Below are positions 26,210 to 39,109 of a DNA stretch of 64,000 nt, piece after piece. This DNA is from Octopus sinensis (taxonomy: Eukaryota), in assembly GCF_006345805.1 (NCBI RefSeq), contig NC_043016.1:8680001-8744000 (forward strand), in the 5' to 3' direction. The translations under genes and the position numbers were made by a program. Each line of letters opens with the position of its first letter. The first letter of the stretch is position 1. Under the pieces are notes generated by a model. It searched no databases and was not told the origin of the DNA. It was given only the letters and a program-made list of their open reading frames with translations.

Positions 26210-26520
26210 CAGTGTATCTATCTGGCACTACATTGTCTAATGTATTCTTCCTTTTTAAGATGGCAAATGTGCTTTGAGAGAGACTCAGCTGCCAATTTTG
26301 GCAGTTTGATGAAGCGTTTGTCAGTGAGGCAATTCACTGGGCTAAGTGAGTATAGTGGGTTATAAGGGGAATGAGACATGAAGAGGAAGAGGGGTACATC
26401 AGATGAAATTAAGGTAAAGATGGTAATTCCACTAGCTAGTTTGGGAGCAGAGGCCGTTGACACATCAACAGAAGAGATGGATTACAGAAACATCCGTTGG
26501 CCAATGATTACTTCCAGTTG
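26210..26520 (-). mobile_element. Old CR1/Jockey-type LINE 3' relic
   Basis: Frameshifted remnants resembling NGxCS...SHPY...TAKIWNSL. Confidence 0.4.
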
Positions 26521-26825
26521 TGTTGGGATAAAATAAACCTCGACATCACACTTCCTATACAAGCACAGTACAAATTGCTCTACACAGAGAAAGAGAGACA
26601 ATACCTTAGATGACAGTGTCTTTCCTTTTACCCTTTAGCATTCAGATTACTCTGTCAAATGTAATATTTATTTATTTATTCATTTATTTATAATAAATCA
26701 TCCATTATCTCATAGCTTTGAAAATTCAAAGATGTGGTTGTTTCTTTTGAGAATGACATTGTCAGGTAGGTGTGAGAGGCCAGATCTTGCCAGTTTGAAC
26801 ATAAAACAAGAATATGTGAATTTTA

Positions 26826-27057
26826 AGGTGGCGAGCTGGCAGAAATGTTAGCACGCCGGGTGAAATACCTAGCGGTATTTTGTCTGCCGTTACATTCTGA
26901 GTTCAAATTCCGCCGAGGTCAACTTTGCATTTCATCATTTCCGGGTCGATGAATTAAGTACCAGTTACGCACTGGCGTTGATCTAATCGATTTAATCCCT
27001 TTGTCTGTCCTTGTTTGTACCTTCTATGTTTAGCCCCTTGTGGGAATAAAGAAATAA
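26826..27057 (+). mobile_element. SINE family A nested in a TTAA MITE
   Basis: Near-TSD aagaata(t/g)gtgaa; interrupts MITE 26628-27102. Confidence 0.9.
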
Positions 27058-27241
27058 GAATAGGTGAACCTGATATGGCTAGTTTGAATGCTGAAGGGTT
27101 AAAAAAACAGAATATGATGAGAGAGGTTTGTTTTCTTTGTCTTGTAAGTTGGGAGATCATGTACATGCTTCCTTACCGGCCTACATCTTAATTTTGATGT
27201 CTAATGAGCTTTGAAAATGGCACCATAGCACACGTACACAT

Positions 27242-27287
<46 letters not shown>

Positions 27288-28418
27288 ACTTAATTTAAAA
27301 TCATCCTCTGATGGAATCTCAAATAAGCCATACCAACCAAACTTGACACCATCAGTCTTAGAGAATTAATGCTTCAATTCACTTTGAAATCATCATCTCA
27401 AACAATCTCTAATTAAAAATCATCAATTGAATCTTAGGGGATTAAACTGGCTTTCTTAACAAAAGAATGAAATATTGTAACAATTCCAAACAATGTTAGC
27501 ATTACTGATACCAGCTCCACCTGAGACCACTTCCTACAGTTCTAAGACAGAAAATTGCTTGTTTTAAAGCACTCATATATAAATTAGAATTTTCCACCCG
27601 AATTTTACCTAAAAAAATTTTTTTAATACAAAACCCATCTTCTGTTATGTCTTTTTAATAATGGTAAAATTAATCAGCTTTTTAACTCCCTCCATATTCT
27701 AGATCATTTTCAACATTAATTGAATCACAGAGGCAGTGTATTTCATTTCAAATATGGTTACAAAAGGGTTAAAAGCAATGGCTTATAACAAGAAAATGCT
27801 TTGAAGTATTCAACAGAAAATGGAATATGAGCTTGGAAATGGAATGTCGTTATCTTAATTTCTTTATAATTACATTTTAGAGCAGGAAAATCAGAAGTAA
27901 AAAAGAAAATTCTAAATATCTGAAATATTAGGAAAATTTCTTTAAAACATAACTATTCCATCAAATACATTGGAATCATATCTGCTCTTTAGTGACTCAA
28001 ACTTTGAGTATCTCAAAGATGATAAAAAAAGTATTGGAAGAAAATAATTTCTATAGAATGCAAATATTACATTTAAAATCTAATTATGAAATTCCAGTGC
28101 TGTTTAGATTGTTTTATAATAATGGTTTTGAGATAACCAGATGGAGTTGCTGTCAGTGTAAAGCCACAGATAACCATGATAGTTCAATGTGGTGGGAAAT
28201 ATTTGGTGCTACCAACAGATAACAGTGCTTCATAAATGTCATGCTGGCCCCTATTTGAGGATCACTATTGGTATAAGCATGGCTGTGTAACCCATGGTAC
28301 CAGTTCAGTCCCACTGCATTGCACTTTGGACAAGTATCTTTTATTTTAGGTCAACCAAAGCCTTGTGAGTAGATTTGGTAGAGGGAAACTGAAAGAAGTC
28401 CATCGAGCATGCACACTT

Positions 28419-28481
<63 letters not shown>

Positions 28482-29286
28482 ACACACACACGCACACACA
28501 CTCATGTCCAGTAATGGCTTAACTGGCTGAAACTTCAGTCATTGTCAACAATATTCTTGTTTAAAAATAATTAATTTAGTACTCTACAAAAGAATAGAGT
28601 AACCTCTTATATTAATGCAAAATTGCTTTTATTATAACTAAAGATAAAAACAAACATTTATTTATATATATATATATATATATATTACGAAGACGCAAAG
28701 CATAAAAAAGAAGACTGTCTTGTCTTTTGTATACCAGAGACTACATTGTACAACTACAGGGTGAAATTTGAGAGTGGTCCAGTTGCTACTGTTAGCTACA
28801 TAGAGGCTTTCTTGTTGGCTGTTGGTGTATAAGACTTGCTCTTGTGTAGCCCCCCCCCCACCCCAGCTCAGGCCTGATCAAGCAGATATGATCATAGGTG
28901 TTCAAGCTGTGGCCATCACGTATTCTTGTAACTGCATTGTCCAATGTATTCTTAAGACAACAGGGTGTGACTTGAGGGGAAGCTGGATTGCTATCTCTAT
29001 CAGGTCAAATGGTTATGTAGAAGGTCTCTTAATGGGAGCTGTACTAGTAACTAGTGGTAATTGAAGACACAATTGCCCAGCATGATTTTTGAGAATCATC
29101 ATCAAAAGCCTTTTTTTATTATTATTAATTTCATATTTATATTTAAGTTCAATTCAAAGACCTTTCTCTCGGGATGGATCTGTGCCTCTGTAAAATTTCA
29201 GAAAGCTCAGCGCAACACCATGGCCTACAACTTAGAATATGCAAACATCCACTTTCATAAAATATTAAAACATGCTATTAAGATAT

Positions 29287-29326
<40 letters not shown>

Positions 29327-29339
29327 AACAAATATAATA

Positions 29340-29620
29340 TGTGACAATTATTCGGTAGCCAAGATAAAACTCCGAGTTTCAGATGCCAAGGTGGAAATCC
29401 AGCCATCGGAAAAATGCTATCTAGATAGCGTTTTTCCGATGGCCAGATAACTGAAGAGATGGTGGTGTGGATTTCCACCTCGGCATCCAAAACTCAGAGT
29501 TTTATCTTGGCTACAGAATAATATTGTCACATATTATATTTACAGATAAATTCCTCTATTTACATAATATTGAGGTCTCTTTCTTTCTTTTGTTATCTTA
29601 CTGTTTTTACCAATATATAT
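29340..29620 (+). mobile_element. Penelope-like fold-back element with a type I hammerhead fold (G12A)
   Basis: Inverted arms 29340-29400 and ~29468-29531; GCCAGATAA-CTGAAGA-stem II-AAAAC-TCAGAG-TT-TTATCTTGGC at 29442-29511; (TA)n on both sides. Confidence 0.7.
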
Positions 29621-31076
29621 ATTATATATATATATATAATACTCTCTCTTTTACTTGTTTCAGTCATTTGACAGTGACCATGCTGGAGCACCGCCTTTAG
29701 TCGAGCAAATCAACTCCAGGGCTTATCCTTCATAAGCCTAGTACTTATTCTATCGGCCTCTTTTGCCAAACTGCTAAGTTACAGGGACGTAAACACACCA
29801 GCATCGGTTGTCAAGAGATGTTGGTGGGGGACGAACTCAGACACACAAACACACACACATATATATATACATATATACGACAGGCTTCTTTCAGTTTCCG
29901 TCTACCAAATCCACTCACAAGGCTTTGGTCGGCATGCATACAGAGAGAGAGAGTTGTCTAAGAATACCAAAGTCAGAAAAAAATAAGCACTCATTATGCA
30001 ATGCAGCCAATTTTACAAATCAGTTTCTCGTATATTATATTCTTGTCTTTGGGATTCATAGTCTTTGGGGATCACATGCTTTGGTATTGCTTGGTTTCCT
30101 TCATAGGCAACCTAACTAGGCTTGGACAAGAGCACCATCCAAGCGTGATCATTGCCAGAGCAGCCAATTTACTTCCATACCCGTGGCACGTAAAAGGGCA
30201 CCATTTGAGCGTGATCGTTACCAACATCGCTTCACTGTCACATGTAAAAAGATTCGAGCGAGGTCATTGCCAGTACCGCCTGACTGGCCCCCGTGCCGGT
30301 GGCACGTAAAAGCACGCAGTACACTCTCGGAGTGGTTGGCGTTAGGAAGGGCATCCAACTGTAGAAACTCTGCCAGATCAAGATTGGAGCCTGGTGCAGC
30401 CATCTGGCTCGCCAGCCCTCAGTCAAAACCGTCCAACCCATGCTAGCATGGGAAGCGGACATTAAACGATGATGATGATTGGTGTTTAGTTTTACGGAGG
30501 TTCTGTGGAATAATATAGTGTCATACTTTTTGACATTACGGTTACTAGGTTACAAGTACTTTTTACTTGTTTGTATATATATGTGCATGAGTATGCGTGT
30601 GTGTGTGTATGTGCGTGTGCATGTGTATGTGTGTAAAATACATTGATACTGATATCACAGCCATTACTACACACTCCTCTGCTATAAACAACAGCAACTT
30701 AGGTTATGCAAATAGTTACAGCTAATTAAAAGAAAGAAGATATACAAGTGGATATGATTGTTTTCGGGGTAATAATAAGCCTGTAATGATTATAGCCTAA
30801 CGTTTTATGCCACGAGCAATAAAAGACAAAAAAAAAAAAAAACAACAAGCACAAAACGATGTACTCTAAATCAAGAACATGGTATGTTGTGGTGGCGGTG
30901 GTGGTGGTGGTTGTGGCGACTTAGGTTGTGGTGGTGGCAGCACTAATGACAACTGTTCACCTCACAGATACAAGTCAGTCGTGCTTTATTAAACATCTGT
31001 TACCACACCTTGTAGAAAAGCATACCGCTACCTGCAACATACATTTCTCTTTCCTTCTTTCTCTCTCTCTCTCTCT

Positions 31077-31121
<45 letters not shown>

Positions 31122-31134
31122 ATATATATATAGC

Positions 31135-31275
31135 CGAGTGTCGACTTTGCCTCTCTCCTTTCGGGGTCGATAAATTAAGTACCAGTTACGCACTGGGGTC
31201 AATGTAATCGCCTTAATCCGTTTGCCTGTCCTTGTTTGTCCCCTCTATGTTTAGCCCCTTGTGGGTAATGAAGAA
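31135..31275 (+). mobile_element. SINE family A, 5'-truncated
   Basis: 3' half of consensus preceded by (TA)n. Confidence 0.85.
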
Positions 31276-31285
31276 ACATATATCG

Positions 31286-31321
<36 letters not shown>

Positions 31322-32278
31322 GGATATTTTACAACTCAAAAAACCACCCTTAGACTATTTTAGAATCATTTTGATATCACAATGCATTACATCTAGATCT
31401 CCAGTTCAGTCTTGATTGGCTGATGACTAAATGTTCTGTTTTCCAGTTGTAACCATCCTGTTGTTTTTGTATGCCTAAGAAAACAGTAGTTGATATGGTC
31501 TTCCATTTTTGGGGACAGTGGAGCGAGGGGGAGGGAGTGTGATTTTTTTTAAAGGAATTTTGCTGTTGAATCTTGTAAGTCAAGTTCAAACAACTGAAGA
31601 AATGGTCACCATTGTTTCATGCTCAATCCTTGGTCATTTCATCCTCATCATTTAACATCTGCTTTCCATGCTAGCATGTGTTGGACGATTTTGACTGAGG
31701 GCTGGCAAACCAGATGGCTGCACCAGGCTTCAATCTTGATCTGGCAGAGTTTCTACAGCTGGATGCCCTTCCTAACGCCAACCACTCCGAGAGTGTAATT
31801 TGGGTGCTTTTTATGTGCTCCCGGCATGGGGCCAGTCAGGCGGTATTGGCAATGACCTCGCTCGAATCTTTTACACATGCCACCAGCACAGGTACCAGTA
31901 AGGTGATGCTGGTAACGATCACGCTCACGAGTATTAATTGTTTGATCCAAGTCAGGACAGGAAAATCCAGCTTATGGTACCATGAAAATCAGGACTACCC
32001 ACCCATCTGGCTAGTCAAGTGATAAGGGGTTTGTGGACACCCTGCAGATCTAAAAAAACCAAAGACAGATAAGCTCATTGTGAGTCAATGGCCAACCACA
32101 CTAGTGGTGTCTCATAGAAACATCCTGCACTTGAGATAGCAAACCATGCAGCTAGTCCAAGACATAGCCATAAAAACTCCAATGTGTGCCTCTCCTCTAG
32201 ATTTATGTATTTCTACAAACAATCATATATATATATAAAAAATATATAACAATTAGCTGAAACTGGAAAAATCAAAAT

Positions 32279-32340
<62 letters not shown>

Positions 32341-32521
32341 ATATATATATATAGATATATATATATATATTATATATATATATATATATTTATATTAATA
32401 ATAAGGGTAAAATTAATTAATAATTTTACCAAGTAGCGTTCAGTATGTAAAAAGACTATTTACAGTATATTTAAAACATTACTTTATATAATTAGGGTTA
32501 AAGTAAATTTTTTGCTGAACC

Positions 32522-32561
<40 letters not shown>

Positions 32562-32747
32562 TAATTATATATATTATTTGTTATTTATGTCAATCACTGT
32601 TTGAGTTGCATGATAGTGGTTTTATCTCTAATTCATATTTTTATATATTTATACTATGAAATTTGATTTAATGTTAAATTGAATTTTTCCCTGTAAGTTT
32701 GGAGTTATACTCCCTAATATTATTATTATTATTATTATTATATATAT

Positions 32748-33690
32748 CATCATCATCATCATCATCATCGTTTAACGTCCGCTTTCCATGCTAGCATGGG
32801 TTGGACGGTTCAACTGGGGTCTGGGGAGCCCGAAGGCTGCACCAAGCCAGTCAGATCTGGCAGTGTTTCTACAGCTGGATGCCCTTCCTAACGCCAACCA
32901 CTCCGAGAGTGTAGTGGGTGATTTTATGTGCCACCGACACAGGTGCCAGACGAGGCTGGCAGACGGCCATGCTCGGATGGTGTTTTTATGTGCCACCGAC
33001 ACAGGTGCCAGACGAGGCTGGCAGACGGCCACGCTCGGATGGTGTTTTTATGTGCCACCGACACAGGTGCCAGACAAGGCTGGCAGACGGCCACGCTCGA
33101 ATGGTGTTTTTATGTGCCACCGACACAGGTGCCAGACGGGGCTGGCAGACGGCCACGCTCGGATGGTGTTTTTATGTGCTACCGACACAGGTGCCAGACG
33201 AGGCTGGCAGACGGCCACGCTCGGACGGTGTTTGTTACGTGCCCACAGCACGGAGGCCAGTCGATGCGGTACTGGCTACGGTCCCATTCGGATGGTTTTC
33301 TTATGTGCCACCGGCACCACAAGGATACAAATTCCATTGATGTTCATCTATTTTGATTTGGTTTGACTTGATTCGATTTGACTTTGATTTGATTTGCCTC
33401 AACAGGTCTTCTCAAGTGTCACAAGCAGGAAGGTATGCACAGGCGGACTGACTACGTCCCAGGTAGGGGCCACGGGTTATGGCTTCACTAGTCTTGCCGG
33501 GTCTTCTCACGCACAGCATACTTCCATAGGTCTCGGTCTCTGGTCATTTCCATGGTGAGACCTAATGTTCGAAGGTTGTGCTTCACCACCTCGTCCCAGG
33601 TTTTCCTGGGTCTACCTCTTCCACGGGTTCCCTCAACTGCTAGGGATTGGCACTTTCTCACACACCTATCTTCATCCATTCTCGCCACAT
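32748..33690 (-). mobile_element. RTE-type LINE 3' end: ORF2 C-terminus + 3' UTR with 62-bp tandem repeat + (GAT)n tail
   Basis: ARMDEDRCVRKCQSLAVEGTRGRGRPRKTWDEVVK...DRDLWKYAVREKTRQD* contiguous with the 'family C' repeat; five 62-bp units at 32929-33238. Confidence 0.85.
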
Positions 33691-34403
33691 ATATATACAT
33701 ATTATATATGCATGTATGTCTTTGTGTTTGCGTTTATCACTACTTGATAACTAGTGTTGGTATGTTTACATCCCTATAACTTAGCAGTTCATCAAAAGCA
33801 ACTGATAGAATAATCATAATAATCGGGGTCAATTCATTCAACTAAAGATTCTTTAAGGTAAGTGCCCCAGCATGGTCACAGTCTGATGACTGAAACAAGT
33901 AAAAGATATAGCTAATACGTATGCAATGTCAATATATTGAACTGACTTCAAACAAATTGATTAAAAATCAGGAACGGTACCTTAAAATAATAGTCAAGCT
34001 CTATACACAAAAGATGAATATATATTATGTGGCAAATTTCAAATAACTAAGAAACAGCTGGAAACTTAAATAAATAAGAGACATACTACAGTTATGGTTC
34101 TGTGCTACGTTTCAAGAAGAATATTTTTCCCACGGTATTCTAATTTTATCAGAAATATGTCATAGCAGAGTGGGTGGACCTTCATCAATTTGCATTTCCT
34201 ACAAAAGTTGATAGCTACTGCCAAAATGAAATCAATGTTTTCTAATATACATACCTACATGTGTGTGAGTGTGTGTGTATGTGTGTGCATATATATAAAT
34301 ATATATCCTCGTTATTTTATATTTATATAGATTATAGATATAGATACACATATGTGTGTATGTCGTTTACATATTTATATATATATATATATATATAAAT
34401 GTC

Positions 34404-34434
<31 letters not shown>

Positions 34435-34435
34435 C

Positions 34436-34590
34436 CGGAGTAAACACATAAATGTGAAACAAGGTGGAAAAAAGAGTACTCAAATACCAGGGGTAGAGTA
34501 ATATGCTTTATTTAAAAGCAGCAGAAATTCAACAAAACCTGTTACTCGGAGTTTCACGTTCCCGTTTGGCAGACAGTTTTGTTAAATATA
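34436..34590 (-). mobile_element. Penelope-like relic with a degenerate hammerhead
   Basis: aacaaaactgt-CTGCCAA-ACGggaaCGT-GAAAC-TCCGAG-TA-acaggttttgtt; (TA)n flanks. Confidence 0.65.
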
Positions 34591-34872
34591 TATACTTTTA
34601 AATAAAGTATATATATATACACACGCAATCTTCCAACCGCGAGTCCGCTGCCCTAACCACTGGGCCACTGTGCCTCCACGACCTTAAAAATGGCTTAATA
34701 TTAATTTTTCCTCGTAAGTCCAACTCTGACATGTTTAAAATGAAATGACAGACAGCCAGACAGACTCATGAACTTTGCTCTACTGGATATGCAACATTTA
34801 GGTGCATGCACAAAAAAAGCACAGATTAGGCTAAGCATAAATTGAAAGAGGATTGGGTATATGAGCAAGAGA

Positions 34873-35098
34873 GTTCGAGCTGGCAGTAACGTTAGCGCGC
34901 CGGGTGAAATGCTTAGTAATAGTTCGTCTGCCGCTACGTTCTGAGTTCAAATTCCACCGAGGTCGACTTTGCCTTTCATCCTTTCGGGGTCGATTAAATA
35001 AGTACCAGTTATGTACTGGGGTCGATGTAATCGATTTAGTTCCTTTGTCTGTCCTTGTTTGTCCCCTCTATGTTTAGCCCCTTGTGGGCAATAAAGAA
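34873..35098 (+). mobile_element. SINE family A
   Basis: Full-length copy. Confidence 0.9.
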
Positions 35099-35527
35099 TT
35101 AAAGAATTGTATATGATGTATATGACAGATAAAATGTTGAGTGAAGAAGTACAAGGCATAGGAATAAGAGGTGAAGGACGTTCTCAAAAAAGATGTACTT
35201 TACAAGATGACAAGGGGCTGTGAAATGTGCCAAGAATGTCGAGCTATAGAAGATCCTTGCAAACATGACAAAAAAGTTGTGAAATGGTAATACGATGTGC
35301 ATGTTATTCTTTTACTTGTTTCGGTCATTTGACTGTGGCCATGCTGGAGCACAAAAGCCTTAAAGGGTTTCAGTCGAACAAACTGACCCCAGGATTTATT
35401 CTTCATAAGCCTAGTACTTATTCCATGTCTCTTTTGCCAAACAGCTATGTTACAGGGACATAAACACACCAACATTGGTTGTCAAACAATGGTAGGGAAA
35501 CAAACGCAAAGAGACACACACAAATAT

Positions 35528-35560
<33 letters not shown>

Positions 35561-35787
35561 TAGCCACTACAGACATTTTTTCTCTCCTTTTTTCTGTGTC
35601 CCTCTCTGTAAAAGAGCGTAGGCTCGAAACGTAAAAGACTTTTTCTATTCCTAAGCATTATACTAATATATCTGTTTGTTTTGTACACCACCTGTCTTTG
35701 TCTTTTGTTGTTTTTTTTGTAAACTCTCCCTATATATATATATATATGCCTGCATGGAAGGGGGACATTGAGCTATGATCTTTGATG

Positions 35788-35820
<33 letters not shown>

Positions 35821-35825
<5 letters not shown>

Positions 35826-35944
35826 TATTAGAGACAAAACCACTATTTTGCAAAACAAACAAGGAAAGACTTAATCAATACATAAAATTTTAAGTCTTTC
35901 CTTGTTTGTTTTGCAAAAATAGTGGTTTTGTCTCTAATAATATT
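35821..35944. repeat. Near-perfect 54-bp hairpin with 15-nt loop
   Basis: 35821-35874 pairs with 35890-35944 with one bulged A. Confidence 0.9.
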
Positions 35945-36023
35945 TTATAATATTTTACTATAAAATTGGATTTAATCCTAAATCTGATTTTTTCCCTGTA
36001 AATTTGGATTTATTCCCTAATAT

Positions 36024-36054
<31 letters not shown>

Positions 36055-39000
36055 TATTCTTTAGAATTCAACCAGAAAGTCTAATGACAGTTGCTTCCAA
36101 TGGAAGATGTACCTGTGGATTCTATCCCAACAACACTCCCAGAAATTGTGGGTGGAGAAGATGGGTAGATGTTGAGGGGAGTGGGTTGGTCAATATCATT
36201 GACCCTGGTATCTGTGTTTTATTTTACCATTTCCAGAACGATGAAAGGCAAAACTGACCACAGCTGGATTTGAACTGACAACATAAAAAAACCAGAAAAA
36301 TATACTGGTAAGGGTTTTGTTTCAACTCTGTAACAATTCTACCAGATTAATCCCCTAGACATTATTGTAAGGAATGTAGAACAACTAAAATGTTATCCGA
36401 AGAACCAGTTTTCAGCAGTTATGTATATTTTTCGCTTCTTTTCTTTTTCTCTCTTTTTTTTTTTTTTTTTTCTTCGAGTAGGTCTACATATGACTGTGGA
36501 ACTTTGCTTTGTCAAAACATTGTTTCCGACAGGATGATACAATAGAAACAACTGCAACTAATTGACTGGAATGTTATAATTAGCCAGACACTCGTTAATG
36601 TTACCAAATGTTTATCAGCAATATTTTGCTATTTATACCATCCGAACAACAATACTTATGCTTATCTACATTTTCTTTGTTATGTAGGATCTTACTTTTC
36701 TTTTTCTTTTTTTTTTTTCTGTTATTTTTGTTTATCTCATTATTTCATGTGCTGTATAATTACTGCTGCTCTCATTAGTCTAGTGGAATTATTATTAACA
36801 CGTTGAACAAAATGCCTAAAGAAGTATTTCTTCTAACTCCTTATGTTCCAAGTTCAACAACTAGGGCCAGTTTGCCTTTCCTCTGCAGTGGGGGTAATAA
36901 AAATAAAGTAACATTCAAGTACTGGGGTTGATTTGATAGGTTACAACTAGTCCCAAAACCTCACTTCATAATTACTGGTCTTGCACCCAACTTAATTACT
37001 GGTCTCCCAACTTAGAAATCATTGTTTTTAGCTTGTATTTATTATTATAATTAAAACAATTATTATTGTTGTGTTTGTCAGAGCTATGCCGTCAGGAACT
37101 TCGGTTCCTGGTAGGGCCACTCAAGGCGGATTGGTCTGACACCAAGTGGTATTAGGGCCACAACCCAGCAGAAAATCCTCAGAGTGTCTGTTTCGGCAAC
37201 CAGTGGCTCCTCGGTTGTTCTGTCCCTGTGTCTGTGGACAATCTGCAGCAAACAGGATGTCTCTATATGCAGGATTGTTGGGGACCGCTTGTAAAATCCA
37301 CATATTCCCACGAAACTAGAAGAAGCCGACTCAACCCGCCCAGGGTGAATGTCGCCACAAGTACAAGTAAGTAAGTTTGTTTGGGTGCTGTTGAAATGAG
37401 TAGAGTGCCTGCTTTGCAATATTTAATCCCGTCTTTTATGCTCCATGTTTATATGCAGCCAAGATCACCCTTCTCTTTCATCTTTCAAGTGATCAATAAT
37501 AGAAGTTCCAGTCAAGAGCTAGGGTTCATTTCATCAGTTATCCATCAACCCACAAATTTCTGGCCTTGTATCTCAGATAGAAGGGCAAGCTGGCAGAATC
37601 ATTAGCTCACTGGACAAAATGTTCATAGGTGTTTCTTCCAGCTTTACATTCTGAGTTCAAATTTGGCTTTGCCTTTCATCCTTTCAGGGTCAATAAAATA
37701 AGTGTCAGTTGAGCAAGGGTCAGTATAATCAACTAGCCCCCATCTCCAAAGATTTCAGGCTTTGTACCTATAGTAGAAAGGATTATCATTATTATTGACA
37801 TGACAGTATCAGGAAAAAAATGCCCAGCAGTATTTGTTGCAGCTCTTTACATTCTGAGTTCAAATCCCACTGGGGTCAACTTTATTTTAACGAGCCTGGA
37901 GGAGTGAAAGGTAAAGTACCAATTAAATACCAAAGTTAATGTAACCAACTAAACTCCTCCTCTCAAAAATTGCTAGTTTTCTGCCTTAATTAGAAACCAT
38001 TATTATTTTGTAGAAGTCTTAACAGCAGAGGCAGTAGTAGCAGCAGCAGCAGTAATAATAGTGTGGTAGTGGTAGTTGTTATTTGCAAGCTCAGGTAAGT
38101 CTCATGGTAGAATACTGCTTTCATATTTGGGACAGTACTGCTGCTATTTCTACTGTTGTACACATAGACATCCTGTTTCTTTTTGCCCATTCTACCACTA
38201 CAATAATGGCTCCTACACAATGAGGCTGGCTGGCAGGACTGCCTTTGCAACATCGTAGCTTTGGGTGAAAGAAATTACAGGAGGATCAGTTAATTATGAT
38301 TTTATTCAACATATTGCCCTCTCAGATTCACACACTTATTGCAGGAGTACTTCAGTCTTTCTAAGCTCTGTAAAAGAACTTGGAAGGTGTGACCTTTTGC
38401 TACCCCCTTAAAGCCAGGAACTTTTCAGCACCCCCTCATAGGCCCTTGAGTAAATCAGTGCACTGGGCCTAATAGTATTTATTTATCGACAACAATCCAC
38501 AGCATCCAAAGATCAGAATTGAGCCTCTAGTTCTGCAAGGTCTCTGGGCAACTGCCAAGTGTACTTCTACCATAAGGCAGCACCACTTCCACTGAGGCAT
38601 TCATGTCCAACTCATCTTTCCACCTTTCACTGTCCTTGTTATGTCCAAATCCAAATTCCCCCGGGCCCCACACAAATTTCTACATACAAAGTCCATCCTT
38701 CCCAGAACATTGGTCCCCACCCCACTGGAATTTCTCCCCTGCTTATGTCTTTACCACAGTATTGACCCCAAAAGGTTCAATAGGAATACTAATGGCATCA
38801 ATCTCACTGGTTTCAGAAGGCCTTCAAAGGTTAGAAGCTCTACCCCTGCCTCCAGACCCAGCAAGTTACAAAAACCATAAAATTTTTTTTTTTTTTAAAT
38901 ACCATTTCTAGGTTGCAGCTTCTTTCCTCTTCTCCGTGCCAAAGCAAGAAATAAAGACATTAATTACTACTTATTTCTTATTGCAAATTCAGTCAATGAC

Positions 39001-39109
39001 AGCAAAGGTTATTTGATAGCTAACTGGAAAAGTGGCCTTTCATCGAAAGGTCTGGAGGTTGATGATGATACTAATTAAGTAGTAGGAGAGAGATGTGGCA
39101 ATCAAACAT

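Noticed and set aside
26260-26345. Plus-strand exon-like segment with good splice sites
   Set aside because: Overlaps an antisense LINE relic and has no partner exons.
27500-32060. Several exon-like segments (about 32005-32051, 31390-31475, 29160-29226, 27510-27545)
   Set aside because: Phases can be chained but the peptide is not coherent and some donors are weak; needs RNA data.
32929-33238. CRISPR-like or repeat-protein look of the 62-bp array and ORFs 32788-33366
   Set aside because: Units are near-identical with no unique spacers, no cas genes, and lie in a LINE 3' UTR.
37085-37375. GC-richer segment with a 111-aa minus ORF
   Set aside because: No splice support; the plus strand has a Cys-rich remnant and a (GTAA)n tail like an RTE 3' end.
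38013-38094. Plus-strand exon-like segment ending CAG|GTAAGT
   Set aside because: Mostly trinucleotide repeat and no linked exons; an antisense lncRNA exon cannot be excluded.
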